A DNA stretch of 58,813 bases, filler included, from Barthelona sp. PAP020 (taxonomy: Eukaryota), in NCBI GenBank assembly GCA_040182905.1. It is 2 parts of 2 records of this genome, joined end to end, with 100 filler letters (N's around TTAATTAATTAA, not from the genome) between each part and the next. Parts side by side here need not be neighbours in the genome. Positions count along the whole stretch, not along the records: positions 1 to 29,387 come from JARQWU010000119.1; 1 more part is not named here. One strand, written 5' to 3'. The notes under the pieces were generated by a model that saw only the letters and a list, made by a program, of their open reading frames with translations, was not told the DNA's origin and did not search any database. This document shows positions 1 through 8,899 of this stretch, one piece after another (within the stretch, counting starts at the first letter, position 1; every line of letters starts with the position of its first letter). A program made the translations under genes and the position numbers.

Positions 1-41
1 TAAAAAAGAATACATTTTCTTTTTTCATTTATAATTTTTTT

Positions 42-3000
42 GTTTATAGACTTTGTTTCTGAGAGTTTGGGATTTTATTGGGGTGATCGAACTTGTCTTG
101 AGCGTAATTGATGTCGAAGGGTAGCCTTCTTTTCCAAAATTTTCTCCTTCGATTCAATTATGGTCGAGTTAGCATATTTCAGCGCCATCGCATCTGATGC
201 CCAACCGCCTGCATCTTTTAGTAATTCCATATCCTTCCCCTCCTCCCATAGTTCTTTTGCTCTCCCTCTCCTTAATGAATGAGGGGTTATGGTATCTGGG
301 AAACTCCGTTCTCTCGTCCAGTTATGCATTAGTTTCTCAGTTTGCTTCATGATTTCTTTCTTTTCATAGAAAGTGCCGAAGAAAGTCTTTGATTGATTTG
401 CTCCCGTTCTTTGGTAAAATTGACCCCCTCTTGTGTGGAAATGGCGCAGTTCTTCTTCCATAAGAACGCTTCTCTTCCATCTTCCTACTTTGGATGAAAG
501 TATGTTTATGACAATGTGATCTCTCTCTTTTGTCAGAATATTACTGTTACTTCTCAATAAATCGTCCTTCCTGGAACACGTGAAGAAAAGGGCCAATATG
601 TTGTCAATTACATCTGTTGATGTGCTTTCTGTGAGATCTCTTCTGCTCTCGATATAACTTATCAAATCCAGCAGTTGATCCCTATTGATGCCTATCGTGT
701 CTTTAATGTTATGGTCTTCATGACCTCTATTTCTCTTCACATACCGAATGGTGGCATCTCTTGTGTTTTCAAAAGATGCGCTCTGTTTCCACCCAAGTGC
801 TTCCCAAAAGAAAGTTACTGCACTGTACAGATACTGCAGTCGTTGTAGTCCTTTCTTGTATCTACCGTTGGACGCTCTTTCATCCCCCGCCTCTTTAATG
901 AATGAATGTAAGACCATTTCTGCTTTTTCATTTGGCGTGGACGGGATCTGGTCTTCTCTTTTTGCGTAGAAGTTTATAAAGTCCGTGAATACTGCATGAT
1001 ACCCTTTCCAGGTTTGATCAGCGATTGAGCCCTTCTTTATGTCCCATAGGGTAGCGTTAGCTGGAGAATACACATCCACTACTTGCTGCTCTTCTCTGTT
1101 TCTTTTTGGTGATAACCTACAAGCTAGCTTTTGACCCGAAATTATGAAGTCTGACCTCTTCCCTTGGATTGTGTGATATCTCCACGGGAGCCATGCTCTT
1201 GTTGGTACACCTCTTACCTTTACTTCTGATTTAAATTTCATAGCCCTTAACATTAGATCTAATATCATGTTTTCGGCAGTTTCCTTATATAGCAGGACCT
1301 GACCTATCCTCTCAATTTCAGCGAAGAATAGCATGCTTTCATATCCAACTGCACCATAATCTCCTTCTTCTTCACCAATTGGGTTTATCTCTTCTGGTAG
1401 AATATCCTTTTCAGTGTCGCTTTGCATATGCTTTTGAAACATATCAGTTGTTACTGTTGTAGGGAAATTCCCTGATTTTGATTTTAGTTTCTCTTGTCTC
1501 AGAACTCTTCTTAGTTGTCTACTTTTCCCTTGTAAACTTTTCCCTGTTCGATTCTTTAGCCTTGGACACATTCTTACCATGCTAAAAGTCTCTAACGTAT
1601 AATCCGGAATATCAAAAGCAGTAGGGCATAATGTTAGGTCCGAGAATAAACCTCCACGTGGCAGTGCATAATGCTTACCACGGGATAACATGTCTGCGGC
1701 CTTGTTCTTTGCCGACGGAATCCACATCGGAATGACTTTACAATTTAATTTGTTTATTCTTTTCCAAATTCTATCTGCCGTTGTGCGCATGCCCTGATTT
1801 TTATGCTTGGCTTTCCTGAATGCACTTAATGCTGACTGATTATCAATCAGCCAGATCCAGCAACCATTGAGTGCGAGATCTTCGTTTATGTTTAAGGCGT
1901 CTTCTAGTGCCTGTAGCTCTAGGAGTGCAATATTGCTTGAGCTACTTACTTTTCTTGACTGCATTCTTGTCGTATCTTCAGTTTTTATTGCGATCCCTTT
2001 CTTTAACGGAGAAGCATCTGTTGCCACTATAGCTGTGATTACTCTTGGAGAGAGATCTCCTTTTATTTTCTCTTTTAAAAGAATACTTATTGATTCCTCC
2101 AGTGATATCGGGAGTTCGATATTAAGATGGCCATATTTTGCACAGAATATTTCCATCGAGTCTATTTTTAGCAGTTTCATTTTATGTTTTATCAAATTTG
2201 CCACCTGTAATGAATTCTCTCGATATCTTTGGGAGACTATTGCTGCTGCCTGTAGCTTTCCTTGCAAACTCATGAGTTCGGAGATTTTCATTTCATTCTT
2301 CACACTTTCTAACATTTTTTCCCTTTTCTTTTCTGGTAACCTAATACTACGCTCCTTTAGGTCCAGATCGAAGCCCAGATATTCTATACTTTGACTAGGA
2401 AATTGGATCTTCTCCTCTTTAACTTTAAAACCAACGAAATTTAATATTTCTAGACATCTTTTCAAAGCTTTTTCTGCATCAGCTTTTGTCTCTCCACCGA
2501 TTAGCACGTCATCTACGTATTGTAAAACAAACACACCCTCTGATCTTAGTGTTTCTGTTACTATTTGTAGCACCATGGTGAACATTTGAGCAGCGATGGC
2601 TGAACCAAAAGGTAGTCTTTTGGCTCCGTAGAATTTATTGCCAACCTCTACTGTTGTGAGGTTTATCCATTCTTTGTCCAATGGGATATGTGTATATCCC
2701 GACTGGATGTCTATCACTGCTGCGAATTCCGGGATCAGCGGGAAATATCTTGTGGTATTCAGCTCTGTTGGCCACAACAGAGATTGTGCATTTAACGGTC
2801 TACAGTCTAGTATTGGTCTTATTGTTCCATCCTTCTTTGGTACTGCACCTAATGCTGCCTTTAATGTACCTGGACCTTTTACTTCCTGCAATACTCCTTC
2901 CTGTATCCATTGGTTTAAAACATCTTTTTCTTTATCTTTTGCCCAGTTCTTAACCTCCACCGTGATGTTGGTCTCTGGATCATGCATCGCTGGTGCGCCT

Positions 3001-4124
3001 GTTATTATCTTTTCCAGTAGTTGAGTTTCTTCTTTTGTATATTTCAAGTGTTTAGCGAGTTGTGCAAAATTTTCCCATTTCCATCCCGGGCTTCCTTTTA
3101 ATTGTGCAGCCTGATGTTCTTTTGAGATTTCTTGGTGTCTTGGTAATACAGGGGCTTTTATAAGTTTGTCGTTAATATTGCTCAAGTTTTCTCTTTCTTT
3201 TCTTCTTTTCTTTTCTCTTCTGTGTGGTAACTGACTTTTGAGTCTCTTTTCTTGTGTGAAAGGTTTATCTGTTATTTCTTTCTCTCCTGAAAAATAAACC
3301 TCATTACCCTTTTTATTATTATAACTTCTTTCTTTATCACTTCTCTGGAAGTAAAAACGGTCAGGAGTATTTAAAGATACCTTATTAAAACTGTCCATAT
3401 CTTGTATTAATGAATCGAGTTTTTTCGTGTGCGATTTCTCTTCGAACATTCGGATCCATGCCTTATGCATCGCTCTTTCTATATCTGTTACTTCTGAGTT
3501 ATCGTTCGTATTACTAAGTATTTCAATAAATGCTTTAGTCACATAGGCCATCTTCTGTGCTTTGGCCCAATCGTTTTCTTTGAATTGGTACCTTTGCACC
3601 AGGTTGTTCAATCTTTCCATGGGATTCTCTCCTTCCACCATTGCTTTTTCAGACCAGCGTGAGGCTCTTTTAGGGTCTTGTATCATCAATGCGATGTTTC
3701 CCGTTACCTGCCTGCATGTCTCACTCGCAGTATTCTCAATGACTTCGTCGATATTCATTATGTCAGCTGTTCTTTTTCTCTCTTTCTTTTTCTTTTCTTT
3801 CTTTTCTTGTTCTTTTCTTTCTTGGCTTTGTGAAAATTTTATCGCTTCTAATATCTGTTGGAAGCGGTTTTCCATCGAGTTCTCTAGATTTTCAAATGCT
3901 TCTTTCGTCACAAACCTTTCCTCGTTCTTAGTTTCTTGGGGCATTCTAGATAAAATACGTAATCTTAGAATGTGGGCTTGCTGTATAGAGCAGAAAATAA
4001 AACTTATGTAGATCTATTTCACTTTACCGCCAAAACGATTGTTACTAATCACTTCCAATATTGGAAACTTTGTCTACGTATGTGATTATCTCTCTCTGTT
4101 ACGATAATCAGGGCGTCTATAAAC
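42..4124 (-). mobile_element. Tyrosine-recombinase (DIRS-class) retrotransposon, apparently intact, single ORF
   Basis: Contains the RT-RNase H-YR ORF 75-3944. Bounded by the inverted repeat GTTTATAGAC (42-51) / GTCTATAAAC (4115-4124). Visibly more GC-rich than the flanks. The boundaries are inferred from the IR only. Confidence 0.8.
75..3944 (-). CDS. Gag-like / reverse transcriptase / RNase H / degenerate MT-like linker / tyrosine recombinase polyprotein (1289 aa)
   Basis: RT motifs VPKKDG..RPILDCRPLN, IDIQSGYTHI, LPFG and YVDD (2508-2519). DIRS-type RNase H motifs ATDAS, LELQA, IDNQ and NKAADMLSR. YR catalytic R (TCSR), K (SSKV), HSLRRG (264-281), GGW and Y (LKYAN). Confidence 0.93.
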   Translation of the reverse strand: MPQETKNEERFVTKEAFENLENSMENRFQQILEAIKFSQSQERKEQEKKEKKKKERKRTADIMNIDEVIENTASETCRQVTGNIALMIQDPKRASRWSEKAMVEGENPMERLNNLVQRYQFKENDWAKAQKMAYVTKAFIEILSNTNDNSEVTDIERAMHKAWIRMFEEKSHTKKLDSLIQDMDSFNKVSLNTPDRFYFQRSDKERSYNNKKGNEVYFSGEKEITDKPFTQEKRLKSQLPHRREKKRRKERENLSNINDKLIKAPVLPRHQEISKEHQAAQLKGSPGWKWENFAQLAKHLKYTKEETQLLEKIITGAPAMHDPETNITVEVKNWAKDKEKDVLNQWIQEGVLQEVKGPGTLKAALGAVPKKDGTIRPILDCRPLNAQSLLWPTELNTTRYFPLIPEFAAVIDIQSGYTHIPLDKEWINLTTVEVGNKFYGAKRLPFGSAIAAQMFTMVLQIVTETLRSEGVFVLQYVDDVLIGGETKADAEKALKRCLEILNFVGFKVKEEKIQFPSQSIEYLGFDLDLKERSIRLPEKKREKMLESVKNEMKISELMSLQGKLQAAAIVSQRYRENSLQVANLIKHKMKLLKIDSMEIFCAKYGHLNIELPISLEESISILLKEKIKGDLSPRVITAIVATDASPLKKGIAIKTEDTTRMQSRKVSSSSNIALLELQALEDALNINEDLALNGCWIWLIDNQSALSAFRKAKHKNQGMRTTADRIWKRINKLNCKVIPMWIPSAKNKAADMLSRGKHYALPRGGLFSDLTLCPTAFDIPDYTLETFSMVRMCPRLKNRTGKSLQGKSRQLRRVLRQEKLKSKSGNFPTTVTTDMFQKHMQSDTEKDILPEEINPIGEEEGDYGAVGYESMLFFAEIERIGQVLLYKETAENMILDLMLRAMKFKSEVKVRGVPTRAWLPWRYHTIQGKRSDFIISGQKLACRLSPKRNREEQQVVDVYSPANATLWDIKKGSIADQTWKGYHAVFTDFINFYAKREDQIPSTPNEKAEMVLHSFIKEAGDERASNGRYKKGLQRLQYLYSAVTFFWEALGWKQSASFENTRDATIRYVKRNRGHEDHNIKDTIGINRDQLLDLISYIESRRDLTESTSTDVIDNILALFFTCSRKDDLLRSNSNILTKERDHIVINILSSKVGRWKRSVLMEEELRHFHTRGGQFYQRTGANQSKTFFGTFYEKKEIMKQTEKLMHNWTRERSFPDTITPHSLRRGRAKELWEEGKDMELLKDAGGWASDAMALKYANSTIIESKEKILEKKATLRHQLRSRQVRSPQ

Positions 4125-4192
4125 GTAAATGAAAACTTATTTGATGAGACCAAATATTATTTTTTCTTTCTTTTTTTATTCTTTATTTACAA

Positions 4193-4558
4193 ATGAATCA
4201 GGATTTATTGGATTTAGAACAACAAATATTAATGAAACAACAATTTACATATGGTTTAAAGGAAAGATTGACAATTAACGAAGAAGGTTTAGATGCATTA
4301 AATAGTTATAAAAATTCATTTAAAAGAAGAGATACCAAATTTCATACAAATAAACCAAATCTAAATCAAAAATATCAAGAAAATCAACCTATTTTTTTAA
4401 ATATGGGTTCAATTTTCTTTAAAACTACAATAAATAAAGCAGAAAAGATAATAGAAACAGAAAATGATGATGTTGAGAACAAATTAATTGAGTTAAATCA
4501 AGAGCTTCAGAATGATGTAAATCTTTTCCAATTGTTGGTTTCCAAAGCCAATAATTGA
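4193..4558 (+). CDS. Prefoldin-like protein, PDRG1-like
   Basis: Helix-hairpin-helix prefoldin layout with N.EGL.AL and FLNMGSIFFK motifs resembling PDRG1. Confidence 0.6.
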   Translation: MNQDLLDLEQQILMKQQFTYGLKERLTINEEGLDALNSYKNSFKRRDTKFHTNKPNLNQKYQENQPIFLNMGSIFFKTTINKAEKIIETENDDVENKLIELNQELQNDVNLFQLLVSKANN

Positions 4559-4737
4559 TCATAGTCAATCGTTAATTCAAAAAATTTTGTAATAAATGAT
4601 CCATCTTTTTTTTTTCTCGCCTTTTCTTATGTTTTATTCACAAAAACAAAGCTACATTATCAATAGACATATTTTTACAAGTTCTTAGGGTTAATTTCCC
4701 ATTAAATTAATAAATAATTGATTATATGTGATATTTG

Positions 4738-4769
4738 TACTATTAACATACTATTAACATACTAATACA
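4738..4769. repeat. Short 11-bp tandem repeat (TACTATTAACA x2 plus a degenerate third copy)
   Basis: Read directly, just downstream of the HAD stop codon. Confidence 0.7.
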
Positions 4770-4776
4770 TGTATTC

Positions 4777-5409
4777 CTAAGCTAAAACATCAAAATTTAT
4801 ACTTTCAAACCTGTCAACATACAAATCACTCACTTCTCTCAGTTCATAATTGTTATATCCAACGAATTGTATACCATTGAATATAGCAGCTTGATGATCA
4901 GTATTTGAATCACCCACCATTACACAAGTATCTTTTATAAATTGATTTTCTTCAATGATTCTTTGAATATGAAATTTTTTATGAATAGGACTACCATCAA
5001 TACTAGTAAAATAATCTACCAATGAATGTTGATCACACAAAAACTTTAATTCAGTATCTTCAGTTCCACTTACCAGATGATGAGAATGAGTGAGTTGATT
5101 TGCTTTCAGAAAATTGATTGAATCTAAAATCTGAAATTTAGGGTTTATTAAAGCTTCTTTGGCAATTTTAGAAAATTCATCGAAATAAGGTTGTAACTCT
5201 TCTTCAGTTTTTGTTTCTTTTCTAATATTATTAAAAAAATATTTAATAATATCGAATCTAGGAATGGCACCATTACTTTCATGAAATTTAATTAGTTCAT
5301 TCACTTGTGTTTCATCGTAATTTCTCAAAACATGTCGAAAAATATTTGTTTTAAATTTTGCTGAATCTAAAAATACTCCATCAAAATCCCAAAATATGTG
5401 TTCGATCAT
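4777..5409 (-). CDS. HAD-superfamily phosphatase (phosphoglycolate phosphatase-like), bacterial type
   Basis: Motif I WDFDGVFLDS directly after the Met at 5409, motif II VSG, motif III GSP..K, motif IV VGDS..D..AA. Confidence 0.88.
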   Translation of the reverse strand: MIEHIFWDFDGVFLDSAKFKTNIFRHVLRNYDETQVNELIKFHESNGAIPRFDIIKYFFNNIRKETKTEEELQPYFDEFSKIAKEALINPKFQILDSINFLKANQLTHSHHLVSGTEDTELKFLCDQHSLVDYFTSIDGSPIHKKFHIQRIIEENQFIKDTCVMVGDSNTDHQAAIFNGIQFVGYNNYELREVSDLYVDRFESINFDVLA

Positions 5410-5724
5410 TAAAATAATCTCACTTGTTCTTTTTGTCGCAAAAAAAAAATTGTGAGAATATTTCATTTTCTTTCATCAAAAAACATTTGTTAACCAAATA
5501 AAACTTCGTTCTTTTCAAATCTATGGTTTTTTTTTTCTAAATTCTAAAATGGCTTGCTTTTTGAAATAAAAGAGAAATTTTTCAATTGTTTCAACAACAT
5601 CCTTTGCATTTTATGATTAATAAAGACATATTTTTTGTATTTGTTGTTTCTTGTGTATGAAATAAAAGAAACAAAAACAGTGTACAAATATTTTTCTTTT
5701 TATATTCAAAGAAATAATTCAAGA

Positions 5725-6247
5725 ATGGTATATATATACATTATACAAATATATTTCTAATAATTTTTAGGCCTCACACAGTTCTTGGAATCATTTGCCC
5801 GAATTTTGTTGTCAAATTCCGAATTGTCCCTTAATTTCCGATGAAGACGGAAAACTATCGATTGTTGATGAAGCGATAAAATCTTTTAAAGCCAATAGGC
5901 TTTTTTCTAATTTTACAATTGATGGACCTGCTGATCGTCTGTTGTTGTATTTATATTCATTTATTCGAGATTGTTTGGATATTTCAAAGAATTGTGAATC
6001 AATGAAAGAAGGGAAAAAGAGTTTGGAAAACTTTGCTTCAAGATCAATTCCTTTGCCTGGTGATAAAAGTTTCAAATTAACTGGTATCATTTCCATTCCT
6101 CAAGATGATGAAGAAAGAAATACTCTTAGAAATTTGTTGGGACAATACAGAATAGATGTTGTTGAAAAGCTGTTGCCAAAATTGTTTGATGAAGAGGATA
6201 GACCTTCTAAATGGTGGCATTATATAATTGACTTTGAAAATATGTAA
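5725..6247 (+). CDS. ARPC3: Arp2/3 complex subunit 3 (p21-Arc); exons 5725-5727 and 5771-6247
   Basis: Motifs IVDEAI..FKAN..F.NF.I.GPADRLL.YL, PLPGD..F.L and PSKWW. Removing the intron gives the N-terminus MASHSSWN. Confidence 0.92.
5728..5770 (+). other. Spliceosomal intron, 43 nt, directly after the start codon
   Basis: GTATAT...CTAATAATTTTTAG; removal joins the ATG in frame to the ARPC3 ORF. Confidence 0.85.
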
Positions 6248-6536
6248 ATTTTGATAATAAATGTGTTTGTTTGTTTGATATTTACACATAAAAGCATTGG
6301 AAGACAAGAAATGAACAAAAGAGAATGGTTTTTACTTATTTAATGACTTTTGAGACTTGGCTAATCGCTCAAATAATGTTATACAAAAAGTTTATTGAGA
6401 TTTGAGATTTGAGCTGAAAAAGATAGAACATTTGACTGCCAAACAAAAAATTGATAAAATGACAAAAATGGCAGATTTCAAAAATTATCAGCATTCAAAA
6501 AAAGAAAACAGGAACCTTTTGCAACCGAACAATTTG

Positions 6537-7720
6537 TCAATCATCGTCATCATCATCATTATCATAATCACTTTTATTAGTCTGTTTGTCTGTAAATAAG
6601 CACACATTACCATAGTTAGCTGTGTTGATAGGAACCAAATCCAAACATGTATCAACAATCATATTGTACTCCATTTTATTTATATTAACACCTACAGAAA
6701 CTAATTATCTGATAATTTGAGGGTTCATGTTCAGCATAATTAGATTTAATGACACCTCAACACCCCTTTTTGATAGTTCAATTAGTTCAAACAGATGTGA
6801 ATAACAATGAGACACAATCGAAAAAACCTTGATAGTATTGTCTTTACATCGTCCACAGACCAGCTGTTTCTTTTCAGGTGATATAGCAAAAGAAAAATCA
6901 TAGCCATTGTAAGAACAAGGAACCTTTTGAAACTCCTGGAAACAATTCACATTGTATGAGGTAATATAACCATCACTAGACATATAAAATAAAGGATGCA
7001 ATTTTACCTATTTAATAATTATCCCATGCTTCACCACACAAATCAAATGCATGGATAAGTGTTCCGTCATCCATGTTCCGCAGTTTGATGGTTTTTAACA
7101 AATCACCAAAGGCAATTATTCCTTTGGAAACTTGGAAATCAATGGCAGAAACGGCATGATCCAGATTGAATGTATGAACAATAGAGAGATTTTCAGCGTT
7201 AATCAACGTAGTACAATCAAAACTGCCAAATAACAGATATCTACCATCTCATGAAAGTTTTACTCTGAAAATAGGTTTGCAATGAACTCTTTTCTCCAAA
7301 AAAACATCACCGCTATTTATATCACATTTTCGAAGTAATCCAGCATCACCATTAGAATACACATAATTGGAGCAATTGGAAAAACAAATACCATAAACAA
7401 CAACATCATTGCTCAACCTGCGCAATATGGAGAAATCTGGAAGATTGTACACAATGACAGTTGCATCATTCGAACATGTGGCCAACTTTTGTTCAATTAG
7501 TATATATATATCTTGTATGTCTTTCGGAGACTCAGTCTTTTAGTTGCTACATCAAATACATGGACATGCGGAAAACTTCAAGCCACAGAATATTTACTAT
7601 CAGGAGAGTATTGAATATAATACACATCATTAGAACCAAATTCTTTAATTTCACTCACACTGTCTTCATCAATCTTCAGAAGAAACATATTAAGAATAGT
7701 TTTCTTCTTCAATTCATCAC
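6537..7720 (-). pseudogene. WD40-repeat protein pseudogene carrying the C-terminal domain shared with the ankyrin genes
   Basis: WD40 motifs YSPDSKY, ATCSNDATVIVYN, LS*DGRYLLFGSFD and ISPEKKQLVCG..DNTIKVF. Broken by in-frame stops (7249, 6705 and one near 7580) and frameshifts. Reading through 6705 continues LVSVGV...DDDDDD to a stop at 6537. Confidence 0.85.
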
Positions 7721-7814
7721 TTGAATCAAAAGACAAGTAAAAACTATCAACAAAAAAAAATCAAACAAAATTTTTCAAACAAAAGAATAGTGATTCAATC
7801 TGTGAAATGAAATT

Positions 7815-8230
7815 TGCTATTTATCAGTTAAATAATTTGTTAAAAGTTTTAAAGTATTAAAGGGTTGATTTCAAAAACTATTGAAACGTTAAATCATCTA
7901 TGCTGTTTCAGATATCTTAAATGCCTTTTCTTGTGGGAAAATTCTTCAATGTCTAAAATTTTCAAATAATTGACCTTTATTTGACTTTATTACCAATAAA
8001 AATATGAATAAGTGAAAGATAAACCTCAATTTTTGCTCTTTGGATTATTATAAAAAGGACTGTTTGGTCAAACAGTCTAGCTTAAATATCCTCCAATTTA
8101 TTTGGTACTGAATTGAAATTGTCACACAATAAGCTTCATTGTTGCTTCATGTTGCCTCACTGTGATATAAGTAGCCTAATATTGCTTGAATTCTGGAATA
8201 TTCAGAAAGAACTTACGACAAATGCAAAAT
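7815..8230 (+). pseudogene. Decayed leucine-rich-repeat gene remnant
   Basis: Fragments IYQLNNL, GLISKTIETLNHL..FRYLKCLFLWEN (from 7862) and ELKLSHNKL...ISSLILLEFWNI match the LxxLxLxxN pattern; many stops and frameshifts. Confidence 0.5.
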
Positions 8231-8354
8231 ATAGACTTTTGCAAATGATTTTTCCAAATTTTTATTATTGTTTGAAATTAACTTTTTTTTCTCCCTCATT
8301 TTTGTCTGATTCACTTTTGTTGAAAATGTGCTGAAATGAATTTTCAAAAATTAC

Positions 8355-8525
8355 CTTTTGACTGAAATTTGCTTGAATGAATATTCTGAGATTTGGATGT
8401 TACCAAAAGCACAGGGGGTTGGGGGAGGGGTAGAGAGGAAATTTTGACAATTAAGAATGAAAATTTCTTCGAAATTTTCTTTTGCTTATTTTTTGCATTT
8501 AACAAAATTAAAATTTCAAAGTTTT
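8355..8525 (-). repeat. Dispersed repeat, segment A (partial copy with an internal micro-inversion)
   Basis: The reverse complement of 8405-8525 aligns with about 55838-55955. Positions 8356-8390 match 14246-14279 in direct orientation. Confidence 0.7.
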
Positions 8526-8899
8526 GAATCTCTCTAAAGCGATTCATAACTCATCACCTTTGTTATTAAATAGTGGTGAAAATATTTTACAGCTCTTTTT
8601 AAGAACTGTAATACAATACCATAAAGAAACTTCTCTTCCTTCTCAAAAAATTTATCTAATATGATGTTTTACTGTCTTTTTGATGAAGAATCAGAATATT
8701 TTAGTAAACAAAAAAGGAACCATTTTGAAGTTAATGGTTTCCCAAAAAGAACATTCCAAGCCCTCTTTAAGTAACTCAGTTAATGACTAGCGTTTAACAA
8801 AGGTTATATCAAAGACAAACAAACTACAATTTATGCACAACGAAAAATAATTTGCAAAACATCCATTGAATAAACATGTAACCATACAAACAGACCTTT

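Noticed and set aside
22..31. Outer inverted pair TTTTCATTTA (22-31) / TAAATGAAAA (4126-4135) as target-site arms
   Set aside because: Almost pure A/T, with unequal spacing to the inner IRs (10 vs 1 nt), which does not fit attL/attR geometry. Probably chance.
748..4011. Plus-strand ORFs antisense to the retroelement, and similar antisense or alternate-frame ORFs over the ankyrin, coiled-coil and other genes
   Set aside because: Shadow ORFs caused by codon bias or repeat periodicity; no motifs, and often non-ATG starts.
4027..4035. CCGCCAAAA (E2F-like) here and at 18457-18465
   Set aside because: Only two post-hoc occurrences, and the second may be exonic.
6244..6294. Possible second ARPC3 intron (GTAAAT...AAAG) extending the C-terminus to ...EMNKREWFLLI
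   Set aside because: It is in frame but lacks the CTAAT branch motif seen in the other introns and contains AATAAA. It cannot be supported without RNA data.
6705..7580. Stop-codon reassignment suggested by in-frame TGA/TAA in the WD40 gene
   Set aside because: The same gene also has frameshifts, and conserved genes here end normally at TAA, TAG and TGA. It is a pseudogene.
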